Under the pieces are notes generated by a model that saw nothing but the letters and a program-made list of their open reading frames with translations, was not told the DNA's origin and searched no databases. A stretch of DNA of 63,949 nt, the filler included, from Choristocarpus tenellus KU-1152 (lineage: Eukaryota > Protista > Phaeophyceae), in assembly GCA_964200185.2 (NCBI GenBank). It is 9 parts of 9 records of this genome, joined end to end, with 100 filler letters (N's around TTAATTAATTAA, not from the genome) between each part and the next. Parts side by side here need not be neighbours in the genome. Positions count along the whole stretch, not along the records: positions 27,454 to 35,546 come from CAXNAD020005159.1; positions 35,647 to 41,959 come from CAXNAD020008408.1; 7 more parts are not named here. One strand, 5' to 3'. A program made the translations under genes and the position numbers. This document shows, one piece after another, positions 27,354 through 40,976 of the stretch; the first letter of the stretch is position 1; each line of letters begins with the position of its first letter.

Positions 27354-27453
27354 NNNNNNNNNNNNNNNNNNNNNNNNNNNNNNNNNNNNNNNNNNNNTTA
27401 ATTAATTAANNNNNNNNNNNNNNNNNNNNNNNNNNNNNNNNNNNNNNNNNNNN
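27354..27453. other. Artificial contig-joining spacer (N44-TTAATTAATTAA-N44)
   Basis: The same 100-bp spacer with a six-frame stop linker recurs at 35547, 41960, 46023, 48654, 53043, 57505 and 61327. Confidence 0.97.
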
Positions 27454-27895
27454 TGACTGGAAATCAGGGGCGAAGGGGTCGCACTACTAGTTGGTCATCA
27501 CATGGGGGGGGGGTGACTGGAAATCAGTGACGAAGAGGTCGCACTGGTTGGTCATCAAATGGGGGCGTGACTGGAAATCAGTGACGAAAGGAGTTCACAC
27601 TGGTTGGTCATTAGAGTTGGGGAGTAAATAGGAAATAAGTGGCGAAGAGGTTGCATTGGTTGGTCATCAGAGGTGGGGGGTGACTGGAATTCAGGGTCGA
27701 ATGGGTCGCACGGGTTGGTCATCTCATGGGGGGAGTGACTGGAAATCAGTGACGAAAGGGGTTGCACTGGTTGGTCATCAAATGTGTGGGGTGACTGGAA
27801 ATCAGTGATGAAAGGGGTTCGCACTGTTTGGTCATTAGAGCTGGGGAGTAAATAGGAAATAAGTGGCGAAGAGGTTGCACTGGGCTGGTCAGAAT
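27454..27895. repeat. Tandem repeat, unit about 53-55 bp, about 8 copies with two unit variants
   Basis: Recurring TGACTGGAAATCAGTGACGAA.AGG..GCACTGGTTGGTCATCA..TGGGGG; the variant GAGTAAATAGGAAATAAGTGGCGAAGAGGTTGCA occurs at about 27622 and 27846. Confidence 0.85.
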
Positions 27896-28320
27896 AGGGG
27901 ATACATTGGGAAGGAAAGGAATGAGGAAATGAGTGAATTGCAAACCAGGAATAAGTGAATAATAGTAACCCAGAATTCGTGAGCAAAACAAATTCAATAG
28001 TTTATCTATGTTGAAGATGTCAAAGGGTTTTGAAATAGTTCCAGAAATGCCTGATCATCAGAGGGTAACGTATAGCGTTGAGTGTTACGTTGTTTGAGAG
28101 AGTAAAAATACTTGAACGGAAAGAAAGCCTTTCCATGGTTGTGGGAATTTCTACCCTGCACTTACCACTTGTCGATTGGCACACTTCTTGCATGACCTTG
28201 TTGTTGTACTACTTTGTCTCCGACCCCTTTGTTGCAAGATCGGTTATGCCCCATCAAGTGTGGAGATCTATACTATAGCTATAGTCATTTGTGACAGTGA
28301 TTGATTCCGCCGAGGTGACC

Positions 28321-31300
28321 ATGGAGAACGCAGATGCTGATCGAGAAGCATTGGCTTCACCTAGAGGACATTTTACGATCCTCCAAGACAAAGCCATGCC
28401 CTGCTACCTAGCGTGCATGTGCCCCACAATGGATCTTGTCGCTACAGTTCATGCCGACGGACAGTTATCGGTTTACAGGTAGAGACCGAAGACCTAACTT
28501 CGACATCATTTCTTGTACCCGTAAGCTGTGCCATGTCACCCCTGATGCCATGTTATTAAAACGAAACCCCTGGGCCATTGGTTATCAGGACCATATCCTG
28601 GCAGCGTAGTTTTACGTTGAGCCTTGAGGATTTGGGCAATCGCACATTTTCTTGCGCGTCGTGGAGCCCAGATGGAAAGACACTTGCAGTGGGTTACACA
28701 GACGGGACCCTGCAGCTTCTTGGAGTGGAGACAGGTACAGGTTATTATCCGGCTTGGGATGCACCCTTCTTTGTTGAGTTCCTTAAACATCATACATCAT
28801 TGGAGCTCCGGTTGGTGCTCCAGCATGAACCGCCACTTGAGACCAAGACTTCCGCTGCTCTCTACGTATCATGTCTACGTACTTTTTTGTTGTTTACTGG
28901 GTGCTCGGGGCATACAATTGACCTGGTGGATAGGCATTAGATGGTCTCCTTACGGAATTTTTGAAATGGGCAATCGTACTTACCTCAACTAATTGTCAGT
29001 CGTGCTTAATTTGCAGGTACAGAAGAATGCTCCTTGAATTTCCACGAGGGCCAGTCGCTGGTGGCACTCACTTGGGTGGCACAGCAGCGTCGAGAGGACA
29101 AGAATTATACTCAGATTGACCATGAGGCTGACCAGCTCTCGGAATTAATGGATGCCTACACTGACCGTTGTGAGCACTTGCTGGGTCCATCCGATATCCT
29201 CTCAAAGGGGGCGTTTGGAGGGGGTGGAGGAAGCAGTGCGGCGAATGAGGCCTCACAGGCAGAGGATGGCTTCTCCCTCCTTAAGGTTGAGGGAAAGCTG
29301 CTCTTCTCAATTTTTCTCATACAATAATCTTCAAGCAATCATGGTATCATACAAATACACTCAACCAAAATGTGATGTTTGAAGTATCTTGGATTGCATC
29401 TATTTTTTGGTTTGCTACAGCATGTTTTAGTTGGCCCCAATATCCCATCAAGGTCTAGTTTTGACAATCTTTTATTTGTTCTTGGGTAAGTAGTTGTCAA
29501 GTTATTTCTGCGCACATGAGTTTGTGTATGTTCCCCAGATGCTTCCAAGTATAGTTGGTTCTCATATTTTTGTATCTGTTGGTGAGAGTCTGGCAGTGTA
29601 AACCCCCAACCCCCAACCTTCCTTCTGGTGGTATATACTTTGCTGCCCTCTCCAGGGCATGAAGGAACGACCTGTAAGTGTATTGGCCAGTGCTGATGCC
29701 TCAGGGTTGGTAGTACTCTCTGTCTGCGGGGTGTATCGCCTCATCACCATAGACTTAGAGGAGCACAGAAGGCCTTCAGACAAGAAAGGCAATGGAAAAG
29801 CTTCTGATGTGAACATCTACAGTCCACTTCAGAGTAGGAGATCCCAACAAGGGCAAAGGCTAGGAGGACCCGGGAGTGCTGGCAATGAAGTCAAGCGTGA
29901 GAATCAAGGTGTGCGAAGAGTTCGACCATTGCAGCTTACTCTTTCGGCTGACCTGGGCTTGCTTTCAGCGCTTGTGGAGGTTGAAGACAGCATCGAGCTC
30001 ATCCAGGTCAGAAGGAGATAGTAACTGGTAGTCTTAGGTATTGCTAATTCGTTAGTGGGAAGGGGGTTGTGTTAGAATATGGTGGGTGAGACAAGCACGA
30101 ATGTTTGACCTTCTGAATCCTAACAGCACTTCTTAATCTTTTTTTGGATGATTTTTCACAGATTTTAGCAGATGTAATGATTTGGTCCGTTAGTTGTTCT
30201 GGTTCAAATATATTTTTTTCAGGTTTGAACCAGGCACAACACTTGAGTATCTTTTTGGTCAGATTTGCTAGCTGACCTCGTTCCAGTATATGTTTTTCAG
30301 GGCTGGTCCAGGGCTCTCAAAGAGATTCAATGGGGCTGGGCTGTGGGTTGGCCCTGTACCAATATTTTTCAACATGGCCAGTGTAGGGGGTCATCAGAGA
30401 CCTCAACTGAGCCTCTGGCCATGACTTGACTCAAGACCAGGTTGTAAGACTAATTAATTAGTACCTTGCCAACTCATTCAGTGCACAGATGATACTACGT
30501 ACTATTAATTTTATGAAAACAAAGGTTGTGACTGAAGGAATTCCAAGAGAACAGTTTTTACACCCATAGATATTTGGGACAATTTGAAGTTCGACCAAAG
30601 AACATGTTTTGACTGGGCCGACTTGAACCATCTTGACCGGGCTTGTCTGGTTGCAATATCATTGAATAGGACTAGTCCATGGCTGTCAGAGATACCAACC
30701 AGGACACAGGTATGCCTGGTGTAGATACAAACGATGTATCTAAACATCTAGTATGTATGTACTTTTTGAAGGGTTGGTTCAGGGCTGTTACTAGATTTTT
30801 ATGGGGGCTGGGCTGTGAGCTGACCCAGTACATTTTTTTTTTCTACAAGGGTGATCCAGGGCTATTTGATATTTTTGTTCGGGCCAATCTGTGGGATCTG
30901 TGGCCAATCTGTGGGATCTGTGGCCGATCTGTGGGATCTGTGGCCGATCTGTGGTATGCCTGGTGTAAGACCCTACTTTGTTGCTGGTGCCCTACCCTGA
31001 CATTTGTCCTGTCATCATCAACATAGTGGATGTCATTGCTTTGGCATATATACTGTGGCACAGGTAGATCTACCCTTGTTATGGAGCCAGCGGCATGAGC
31101 TGAAGCCGCTTGCTGTCCAGTACACAGCATTCCAGGCTCTTCTCAAGAGATTGGCTGCCTTCGTGCCTCGCCTTCCATCTCTGTGGCAAAACACTCTAAG
31201 GCCTCTGGAGAGCAAACTCATGTAAGTCTTTCCAGAGGATTAATGACTTGTTGTCTAGTGTTCGTCTGATGAATGGGGTTAGGGTTACAGGGTTAGGGTT

Positions 31301-34141
31301 GTGTGTTACGCAACAGGTCTCACATTTTGCAATCCGACGATCTGTCTTCCAACAGGACAAAACAAAAAAAGAGCGCATACATTTTTTTTCCCTTTGTTTC
31401 CTATTTAAAAAAAGAAGTATATTTACATTTATCACTATTATCCCGCACCACGTGCGTACGCTCGAAAATACTTTTGTCTGCAGCGTGTCTGCTGTGAGTG
31501 TGACTTTCCCTCCGGTGGTTGCTGCATTAGGGGTGAAGCAGATGTCCCATCAGAGGCAGTGACTCTTGATGCACACACCACAATGTCAAGAAACAATTTT
31601 AGGTTTTTGTTTTTGTTTTGAGGCGAGGTCTCCTTGCCTGTTGCTGACTACCTCTCCTCTATTGTGTCAGAGCCCTCGAAGAGCTTCTATCGAGCTATGG
31701 GTACCACGAGGATATATCCACCCGAGATGAATTGCTCCACCTGGTGGGTACACGGGGGGCAAGGCGCTTTCACTTTGTTAACCTCTTTGTCACAATTTCA
31801 ACTTTCAATCTCCAAGCTTTTCATAGTGTGCATTCGACTGCTTTGTGGAGAGTGTGTACAGTATGTAGTTGTACCCTAGGAATACTTTGAAATCAAACGC
31901 TTTGAGCGAATTCAAGGTTGAACGCTGTGGTAATGGAGTGAGCTGTGTTTTGCTCAATGTGGCGTGTCCAAGTTATCTCAGTAGCAGGGAAAGACAAAGA
32001 TATGTGTTTTGTTTATGCTTGCCCATTTAGAACAAATGCTGCCAAGTGCGTGATGCACTCACCGTAGCTTAGAACCACCTTTTCAAGGTCCATCGCAGGA
32101 TATACCTTTTTTATGCATATGTATGTATGTATTTATGTATGTATGTATGTATATCTATACGCCTTTGACGGAACCAGACCTTACTCGCCTTCCTGTTTTT
32201 GTGCGAGACTACTGACACGACTTGGGCTTTGATGTTGGCCACAATGTTGTGTTCTGCATCCATTGCCATCGTGAATAATACCTTCATGTCCATGCCCATC
32301 GCATTGCCCATCACATGCTACTCGGGTAGATGTGCCCCTCTCCTCTTTCACACCACGCACTGAGTCTCTCTTAGGGTTAGGGTTAGGGTTAATAACACGC
32401 CCCTGGTGTACTCTAGCGGAGTGGGTGTTGTGGCGGTTGCTCTTGTGCCAATGACTACAACGAACTGATGAGAGGTGCCGCTTATGTCAGGTGACTTGTG
32501 GCTATGCCAGTGATGCCTTGACGCAGCTGTTCTCTAACACGCTGACAGAGGTACAACTGGTTCGCATGCAAAAGGCGATGGAGGCAGGGACAGGCCAGGT
32601 GTGGATTACGCTGTAGCCCCGGTGTAAAGTGGATGAGCATCAATGCCTCACCAGGCAATGTGCCCTCTGAGTATGTATTCGTGTGTAGGGATGACCGCAA
32701 CAGCCCTCCCTGGCGTTCCAACCCCCACTGGTGCTGTTGTAGCAGAGGGTGCAGAACGGTCCTTGCACGTTCTGCGCTGCATGCCATGTGCATGAGAAAC
32801 CCCTGCATACTTGCTTCTGCTCACTGTGGATCGATAGCAGTTTCTTCCCTCGAACTGTTCTGTACATGAAATATGTAGGTGGATTTTTTTTTTTTTCCTA
32901 GCCTTTTGTGTACTCACTTTTCGTTTGATTTAGAGGCCTCTGATTGGTCCAAATGTAGGCAGTTTTGGGAGGTGGCCTGTGCCTTCTGTAACTTATTGGA
33001 GTGATCTTTGGCAGGGAAAAGACTCGGTGTTAGTGGGACCAGGACGAAATGGTGCATTGAGGCCTAGAAAGACCAGTTCATTTTTCAAAGGTCGTCGTAT
33101 TCTGCACAGAGGATGCTTGAAAACCATCTTCGGTTCTATTTCAACTTTCTGTTTTTGTGTGTGTGGGGGGGGGGGTGGGGAAGAGAGTGTCGAGTGGGAT
33201 AACCTGACCGGAGGNNNNNNNNNNTTGTTTTGGGAAGTGGTAATTATTATATTTCCTTTTTTTTTTTTTTTGTTTTTTTTGTGGGGGGGGGGGGGGGGGG
33301 GGGGGGGGTGAGAAAGAGAGTGTCGAGTGGGATACCCTGACCAGAGGGGAAGGAAATCTTTTCTTTGAGAATGGTGTCTCAAGTATGCCAATGGAGTGTA
33401 TCAGCACTGGGTCTACCCACCCTACCCTTTTGATTGACATGGCTAAGAAGGTAGGAAACATCTTTTTTTAATTCCTGGGTGTATTTTTAGCAAGGGGAGC
33501 TGGGGCAGGATAGTGCTACTGTTGACAAGACCATGACAATGGGACTTACTCATACCCATCTTACAAAATTAGTTTTTCAAGTGGAGGTTTCTGGAGCCAT
33601 AGGATTTTTGTGAAGTTTTGTTTTGATACTTTAGTGAGCTTTTGTTTTGGTATTATAGTGAAGTTTTGTTTGGTACTTTAGTGTAGTGTACTGTGGTCTA
33701 GGGTCTCGTGATGCATACTTGGGGACTACTAGATTACTCCTGTACCCGACCCTGGGATGCAGATGTCTGTTCCCTTTCAATATTAACGTAAATACTCCGT
33801 AGACAGAATAAAAAGGAGAGTCGATATCTTTCCACTGCCCCTACTATATACCTTCCCTTCCCCTCCCTCTCCCCCTTTCCTACCCATTCCAAGCCCTAAC
33901 CCTACACCCCTTCTTCCCTCCCCCCTCTCGCTAGGTGGAGTCCATTCTCCGAGGCAATGTTTCATTCCTTGCTCGAACACTCCTTTTTCGGGCTTGCGAC
34001 CTCCCCCGCCTGTCCCTGTTGTGCAACACCCGTGAGGGTATCGATGCCGTTGGTGGGGATGGAAGTGGAAGTGGGGAGGTTGATATGGGACTTGGTGCTA
34101 TACCGGTGCAGTCCCTTCAGTTGGAATGTGAAGCCCTGTGG
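28321..34141 (+). CDS. ANAPC4: Anaphase-promoting complex subunit 4 (APC4), 5' part; 3' exons missing from this contig
   Basis: Exons 28321-28478, 28589-28734, 29017-29285, 29656-30006, 31064-31221, 31671-31743, 32491-32598, 33935-about 34141. N-terminal WD40 signature MCPTMDLVA..LSVYRTISWQR..SWSPDGKTLAVGYTDG; helical region ELLHLVTCGYASDALTQLFSNTLTE..LLFRACDL. Confidence 0.85.
30881..30955. repeat. 20-bp tandem repeat in an APC4 intron
   Basis: (GGCC[A/G]ATCTGTGGGATCTGT) about 3.5 copies. Confidence 0.85.
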
Positions 34142-34489
34142 TGAGGCGTGTAACTGCGACAGAGTGTAACTGTTTTTTCCACTCCAATCCTTTTTTGTTA
34201 CTTTGGGTTTCCACACCATATAGCTGCAGCTGGTCTACTCCTGTGTGGACATCTCCCCTCAACGGGCTAGCAGTATGTGTGTAGTATGTGCTTGAGTAGC
34301 TCTATTAGTTTGTGAAGAGAGTCCACCTTGTGTTGCTTCAGACTGCACAAGCTCGAGAAAAATAAAATAAAAATCAGTACCAATGCCGTAGATATATACA
34401 TGAAATCCTCGGTCTGGTTCTCGGAGGGGAAAATTCTTCTTTTTTCTTTGATCTTGGAAGGATTGCACAGAAGTCCAAGGTACCAATTT

Positions 34490-34775
34490 TCATATTAGTA
34501 GTACCAGGTACTGATTATCATAGTACCAGGTACCGATTATCATATTAGTAGTACCAGTTACTGATTATCATATTAATAGTACCAGGTACCGATTATCATA
34601 TTAGTAGTACCAGTTACTGATTATCATATTAGTAGTACCAGATACCGATTATCACATTAGTAGTACCAGGTACTGATTATCATATTAGTAGTGCCAGGTA
34701 CTGATTATCATATCAGTAATACCAGGTACCAACTATCATTTTAGTAGTACCTTGTACTGATTATCATTTTAGTAG
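34490..34775. repeat. 28-bp minisatellite, about 10 copies
   Basis: Unit ATTATCATATTAGTAGTACCAGGTACTG with minor variants and one shortened unit. Confidence 0.9.
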
Positions 34776-35319
34776 AACTTGCAGGTCAATTAATATGTTG
34801 TATATATATAAATTCAGTCCTTTTGTGTGCTGAAGGAGAGGGTCTTAAAGCACCCTCACATATTGTTTCTGTTGAGGAAGTGGACAAAAACAGGTATACC
34901 CATGCCATGTTGGGATAAGAAAGGTCTAACCGAAAGCAAAGTTGGATAATGATTTTTGCCCTCCATCGTGAGACCCCTGCAAAAATCGTCTTGTACCCAT
35001 TCTTGCCCCCACTCTAACAGGTTCAACACCCCTTGTCTACTGGGCAGTCAAGTGTAGCAATGATTTTGGATCACAGTTCCAATTTTTTCCCAACATACAC
35101 ATGAAAGTGGAACACCATTTTCTGGTTCGATATTTAATGCCCCATCGACTGTCTGTAACATGTCCTGTTGAGTGTAAGACATTCATGAACAGTAATATTT
35201 GAACGGGGTGGTTTTTGCAGTAGTGTAACTGTTCCTGCTTGTGCCACTGCTCTCTACCCCCTAAGTGCATACTGTCAAGAGTTTCTTGGTGCGATGTTGT
35301 ATGCTACTAATGCAAGGGA

Positions 35320-35354
<35 letters not shown>

Positions 35355-37284
35355 TGTTCACCCACTCACAGAGTCTGAATAGATCTTCCCTTCTCGCCAC
35401 ACCCAACAGGACCCTTTGTGACAATCCTTGTTCCTCTTCTTCCCCTTTGCTTGAAACTTTTATTTTTTTATTTTTATTTTTATTTTTTTGGGGGGGGGGC
35501 GGGCGCCTCCCGGGTGCACGCTTTACAGACACCGGGGGGGGTACGGNNNNNNNNNNNNNNNNNNNNNNNNNNNNNNNNNNNNNNNNNNNNTTAATTAATT
35601 AANNNNNNNNNNNNNNNNNNNNNNNNNNNNNNNNNNNNNNNNNNNNCCCCCCCCCCCCCCCCACAGATACTTTGACCCTATGTATTTACACACACGATGA
35701 TGGAGGAGGTATACCACTCCACAGTGCTTGCCACGTGGAGTTTGGATCATCGAAATGATTTCCATGTAGTAGTTGGGTGTCGATGGCGTCCTACTAACCT
35801 GGGAAATTCCTGAAGGGAACACGATTTTTAACCTTTGCACTAACTAACTGAACTACAAAATAAACAACATATGACGAGGACACCTTTGGTTAACAATGGA
35901 TGTTACAGAGCAAATGGAGTAGGGCGCTTTAAGAATACGGAGGTCGTTGAGCAATTGGCCTGATGGAAATAAATGTATGTTACTTACAGGAAACAGATCC
36001 GAGTGTTGTTGCGCTCATCGGACAAATCAAATAACATTTGTTCTTTCCTATTAATCACAAGATAGGATTTGCGGCGCATTGTTCCTTCCTGTTAAATCAC
36101 CACTACTACATAATGATTTTCTCTCGACACAATGAGTCAAATCATCTATACATACAATATGCTGGATATCGTGGTGCAATTTCTACCTCCAGGCTTCAAG
36201 TTTCACAGAAGTCGAAGGAAGAGGTTGGGCAGAGCGTACGCGCTGGTGATTGCCGCGTGTTGAGAGGGGGACTCACGCTTGATCGAGTGGACCAGCCGAT
36301 CACTATGGAACAAGAAATCAAAGAGGGGTCGCGACTACAACGGAGAGCGTGTGCTCTTGACCAAGCTTGATTGATGATGAGGGCTGGCTCGCTGGGTGCT
36401 GTCTGATGAGCTTTTAGTTATAATAGTGAGTGCAGTTACAATAACAACGAAGAGTTTAGGGTTGCACAAAGACAGATAAGAGAGATGGAGGATCACGACT
36501 CTTCTTCTCCCGTGAAAATCTCGTCGTGGGACAGGAGAAACAGCCCTCTAAGTCATATACTGGACGACGGACGGACGGACGGACGGACGGATGTCCAAGT
36601 GCGTTGAATTTATTGAGGAAAATCGCCCTCTCGCCCATCGCACCACAACCAACTCTAACCTATCGAATAATGTTAGGAGTGATTCAAGGGTCATATCAAG
36701 GTTTATTTCGACGAAAAACTCCACTCCGATCAAAAGTTAGAGCAGGACAAATTCTGTCGTAGAGGTGACTCCCAACACGATATGTGTGGAATGTTGTCAA
36801 GGATATCGGACGTTGTACACCCAATATAATGAGCGTTCTACGGTAGTGGTAACGTTGAGCGTTACGTTTTCCGAGGTGGAACAACCTAACTGACTGAACA
36901 ACCTGAAAACATGACGTGATATACGTATGTATGTCATGTAACATACAAAATATATTGCACTTGGTCAACTCCTCGGTCAGAGTTGTTAACAAACCACACT
37001 GTCCCTTCAGCTTTGGCAGCATCTTCATTAACACCGTAACACAAGAAAGGTGGAGTCTAGCCTAGACTAGCTGCTCCTCCTCCTATTCATTTTTGTACAA
37101 GTTTCAAAGTTAGGCAGAGGTGGACGATGTTGGGAAGTTTGTTTGTGAGTCTGTTTGTGAGCATGGCGGGCGCGACAAACGTTCCCCCACTTTTACCCCC
37201 CTTCCCCGTTGCTTTATTTACTTCTCTCACTCTTCAAACTTGTCTCCATTTATCTCTGTCCCTTTCTTTGCAGTTCTGTTAATA

Positions 37285-40200
37285 ATGCGGTTTGCTGTTC
37301 TTCTAGCTGGCATGGTGGCCTTACTTGTCGGGGCCTTCGGCTTTCAGGTAAAAGCCAAGTTGAAATAACTCTCTCCTCAAACTTAACTGTAGAAATTCCC
37401 ACTGTCGGTCATACTTGACTAGATGTTAGAGAGGAACGACTCATTTCTACTATCATTGGATAAGTAGATAGCCGGTTTTTCGAAGCGCGTCTATGTCGAA
37501 TTTTCTTCAAAGGATGCAACCATTGAAGGTCATCCTCATGTTGTAGATCCTCGAGCGATGAGGCCCAGTCCATGGTAGCAAGATTTCTTTACGGGGGTAA
37601 GAATTGTGTCAAGTGTGGAGCCTCTTTCATGCGTGTGGAGAAATAGCAAGAGGGACAGGGTCGAGAGTACGTTTTAGTGTACTCATCGTTAGTCACACAA
37701 TCTCGTGTCTTTCGCATACAATATTTGTGGCGATTCGTCGATGATTTCTCTCACTGCGCTTTCTTCCGATGCCCCAAATTTTCAATTCGACTGAAAATAG
37801 TGCACGAGGTCACACCACACGTAAGATAGCTAGCTCCGCAGTTGTACAATGTCCAAACATCCTAGTCCTCTCCTGGTCGTGTCTTAGTCCTTGGCGACAA
37901 AGGGGAGTATGGGGTGGGATGGGAGGTGGCGGAAGAAAGTGGGCCTATCCTTGGGAGCATGATGTAAAATCTCCAACATGTGTACCTGCAGGGAGGGGCT
38001 GGAGGGGAAGGGTAAAGAGAGAAACATATCTTTAATGGGGCAGTGGCGATTTCAGGGGCAGGAAGAGTATTAGGTAAGGCTGGTCAGCCTGTCAGGCATT
38101 GGTTGCTACACTGTGCTTGGCAAACTTTTTGCTATACCCTTACTATAGGGTGGTGCACCGCCATTATCAATCCCACACATTATTGATATTTTCAACTTCG
38201 GTCAATAAAAATATACACTCGAAGCCTTGCGTAAGTATGAGCTTGCATGGTTTTGGGGCAACTACTACAATCTCCAATCTTGGAAATATCTATATACAGT
38301 GAAGGTCAAATCTGCCCTTCAAATGAGGTACTGAGGAAGCAATTCTAAGTGTCAAGACGTTTCATGAACAAGCGTGAGATTGCAATTTTGTGCTCATTCT
38401 TGAGGTCTCTCTTCCTCCCAACCACCTACCCCCACAACTCTTTCCTGGTGCAGATACGAGTGCCACCTGCTGGTGGCCTCACTTCCTCAGCTTCTTGGGG
38501 CTCGACCACTTGGATGTCTACTGCTAGGTCCTCACCAACATTCAGCACCCGGCCCAAACGGAGACTTGGGCGATCTTGCGTATCTATGCAGTTTGGTGCG
38601 TTTTAAAAATATTGGATATACACTTAGGGTTAGGGTTAGGTTGGACTCATGACGGAGCAATACAAAGATTGAGGTATGGCAAGTGAGGAAATGTATGTAT
38701 CCAAATTGTAGAAACTTGGCCATGTCGGCTGTTGCAATTACCGGCTTTCCTATGTTAAGATTGAGGGGTGGAGTGTTGACATGTGAGGGCATCAAAAGAA
38801 AAAAGTGCTTACACACCAGGAGGATAGCCTTGATGCCCATCAAACCAAAAAGAAATGTTGCATTTTCTCGGTCCTCTTTGACGGAGGCGGTGATTTTTGC
38901 CAAGGACTTGGGGTTAGTGGATGTCCACACCAATGAAATATACCCTTTTTTGTCACCTTCGAACTGAAAACAAATAAAGTTCCTTCCCGTCACATCCTCT
39001 ACAACCCTAGTCCTGGCATTTCACAAGGGCTTGTGTGGGGGTTTTGATGTTTGTTTTGTATGGCATGGTTTGACCCGAGGGGTGTTTGTGCTTGTAGTTT
39101 AATAGAGTCAAGTTTCCATACTAGACAGTACTTGCTGAAAGCTGTATTTGGTGCAGATTTGTTTTGCTCTTTTGGACTGTCCTTTTTGTAAGATGCCATT
39201 GCTTTTTTGCAATTCTATTGTTCTCCCCTGTACGTCCATTGTCTATGCTTTCCATCTGACCAATGCACTTGACTCTTGTTCGATAAATTGTATATTTTTT
39301 ATCCCCTCCCCCTATTTTGCCCATCTGGCCCCTGTGCCCTGTTTTGCCCTGTTTCTTTTGTTTTCAACAAATTATATGTTGTTTTGCAGGTGCTCCTGTG
39401 CTTTGTACATGTTTTGCTTTGGCATCCTAGTTTCCCTCAAGATACTGGCCTCGTTTTCTTTTTCACCAGCAGAAACAGTTGCTACTGATTTTCTTATTCA
39501 CCCCTGTCTTACTTATTTTTAATTATTATGAATGTGAGCATTTCAGCAGTGATGCACGGGTGTGGATCATCGAACCATGAAGGAAGCATTACATGTATTT
39601 ATTTAATTTTTTCGCATTGCTGTTGGTTTTGTACAATATATGATCAAACCTTACAGAGTGCTTTTACTGATATCATGCAATAGTAGTCAGTCCTCATCCC
39701 TCACACACGCACGAGCAACAGACATAAAAACTAAGTTGTGTTAACTTTTTTTAATTTCACCAATGTTTTCTACAGCTGAGGGGATTATGCTGATCACTAA
39801 TAATGTAATCCTCGTTGATGGTTGATATAGTCAAGAAATGGTTATATACCATTATAACTCCCTGCCAATCACTCTGAGGAAAAGATCTACGTTCCCTTCT
39901 ACTTGTTGGGGTCTGCTGACTGGATTCCCCATGCTTCAAACCCTGGTGACTACTGCGTGCAGTGGATTTCATTGACATTTCAGGATGCAATGTCTTGAGT
40001 CAAAGTATCTTAGAGGGTAGAGCCGTGTCCATTCGGAGGCCAAAATCCAATGTTATGCCAAGATATGTTGTAGGAAAATGGCATAAAAAAAAAACTGAGG
40101 GAAGCCAAGCCCCAAATGGACAAACAGGGCAAAACTTGTACCCTCTAAGATAATTTCACTCTCTTTCTGAAGTTATCCACAACCGACATATTTTGTGTGA

Positions 40201-40976
40201 TGCCCGAGGTGATGCTCATTTAGTTTGTGATTTTATTTAAAGACTGCTGTGGATGTGATGTTTGTTTTGTTTTTGTGCAGGGGAGGACAATAGCAACCAG
40301 GGCTCCATGCCTACATTTGAAGAGGAGAAGGAGAAGGATTTCTTCAAGGTATGTGAAGGCGATGCTGTGGGGGAAGAGCTCGTGAATCCTCAAGTATATT
40401 AAAAAAGAATGCTAGGCATACATCGTCGGTAATACATTTTATTTTCTATTGTGTGGAACCGATCCTTGACAAAAATAAAATTAAACAAGAAGAAAGAGAT
40501 CCATCTCCACACCTTGACCTTTTTTGTAGTGGTAGTATGTCAGCACAATATCTACAGTTCCTGCACCCATATGTTGCCTTCATTGCTAATCACCGATGAC
40601 GTATAAAGCTCCCCTGATGGTGAGACAGGACAGGGAGATAGGGGGGATGAGTTATGCGCCAAAATGGAGATGGACAATGCGGAGGTGTTAATAAAATACT
40701 CTAAACGTATTGTGTGTGTTTGCAGTGCTCAACGCCCATAAAGGTTTTGATAAAGGTTTTGACAGTCAATCATGGAGCAACTATCTAAGAGTTTTACCTT
40801 TGTCTCTCCTCCCCCACTCCTTCTGAAATCAAAATTTCGATTGCATTTTCCAGTCTAAACTGGATAAGGCCAGCAACGAGGACAAACTCAAGGACCCAGT
40901 GCTCCTCATTGCTCTTGGATGGATTTTAGCAATTGGTGTTGCATCCGTGGGCTTCATCCTCTATGGCGTGAACTGA
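37285..40976 (+). CDS. Small (131 aa) predicted plastid-targeted protein with a C-terminal transmembrane helix, function unknown
   Basis: Exons 37285-37347, 38454-38595, 40281-40348, 40854-40976 join in frame. Signal peptide MRFAVLLAGMVALLVGAFG|F with Phe at +1 (ASAFAP-like); Ser/Thr/Arg-rich transit peptide; acidic mature N-terminus; TM helix VLLIALGWILAIGVASVGFILYGVN*. Confidence 0.8.
39997..40161. mobile_element. MITE family B, internally deleted copy (intronic)
   Basis: TIRs GAGTCAAAGTATCTTAGAGGGTA / TACCCTCTAAGATAATTTCACTC; 4-bp TSD TCTT. Confidence 0.85.

Noticed and set aside
27555-27997. Repetitive ORFs of 143 and 83 aa
   Set aside because: Translations of the tandem repeat.
33160-33345. 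Direct repeat poly-G-AAGAGAGTGTCGAGTGGGATA around a 10-N gap
   Set aside because: Most likely an assembly overlap artefact at homopolymer runs.
34490-34775. CRISPR-like appearance of the 28-bp repeats
   Set aside because: Units are contiguous with no unique spacers, and the context is eukaryotic.
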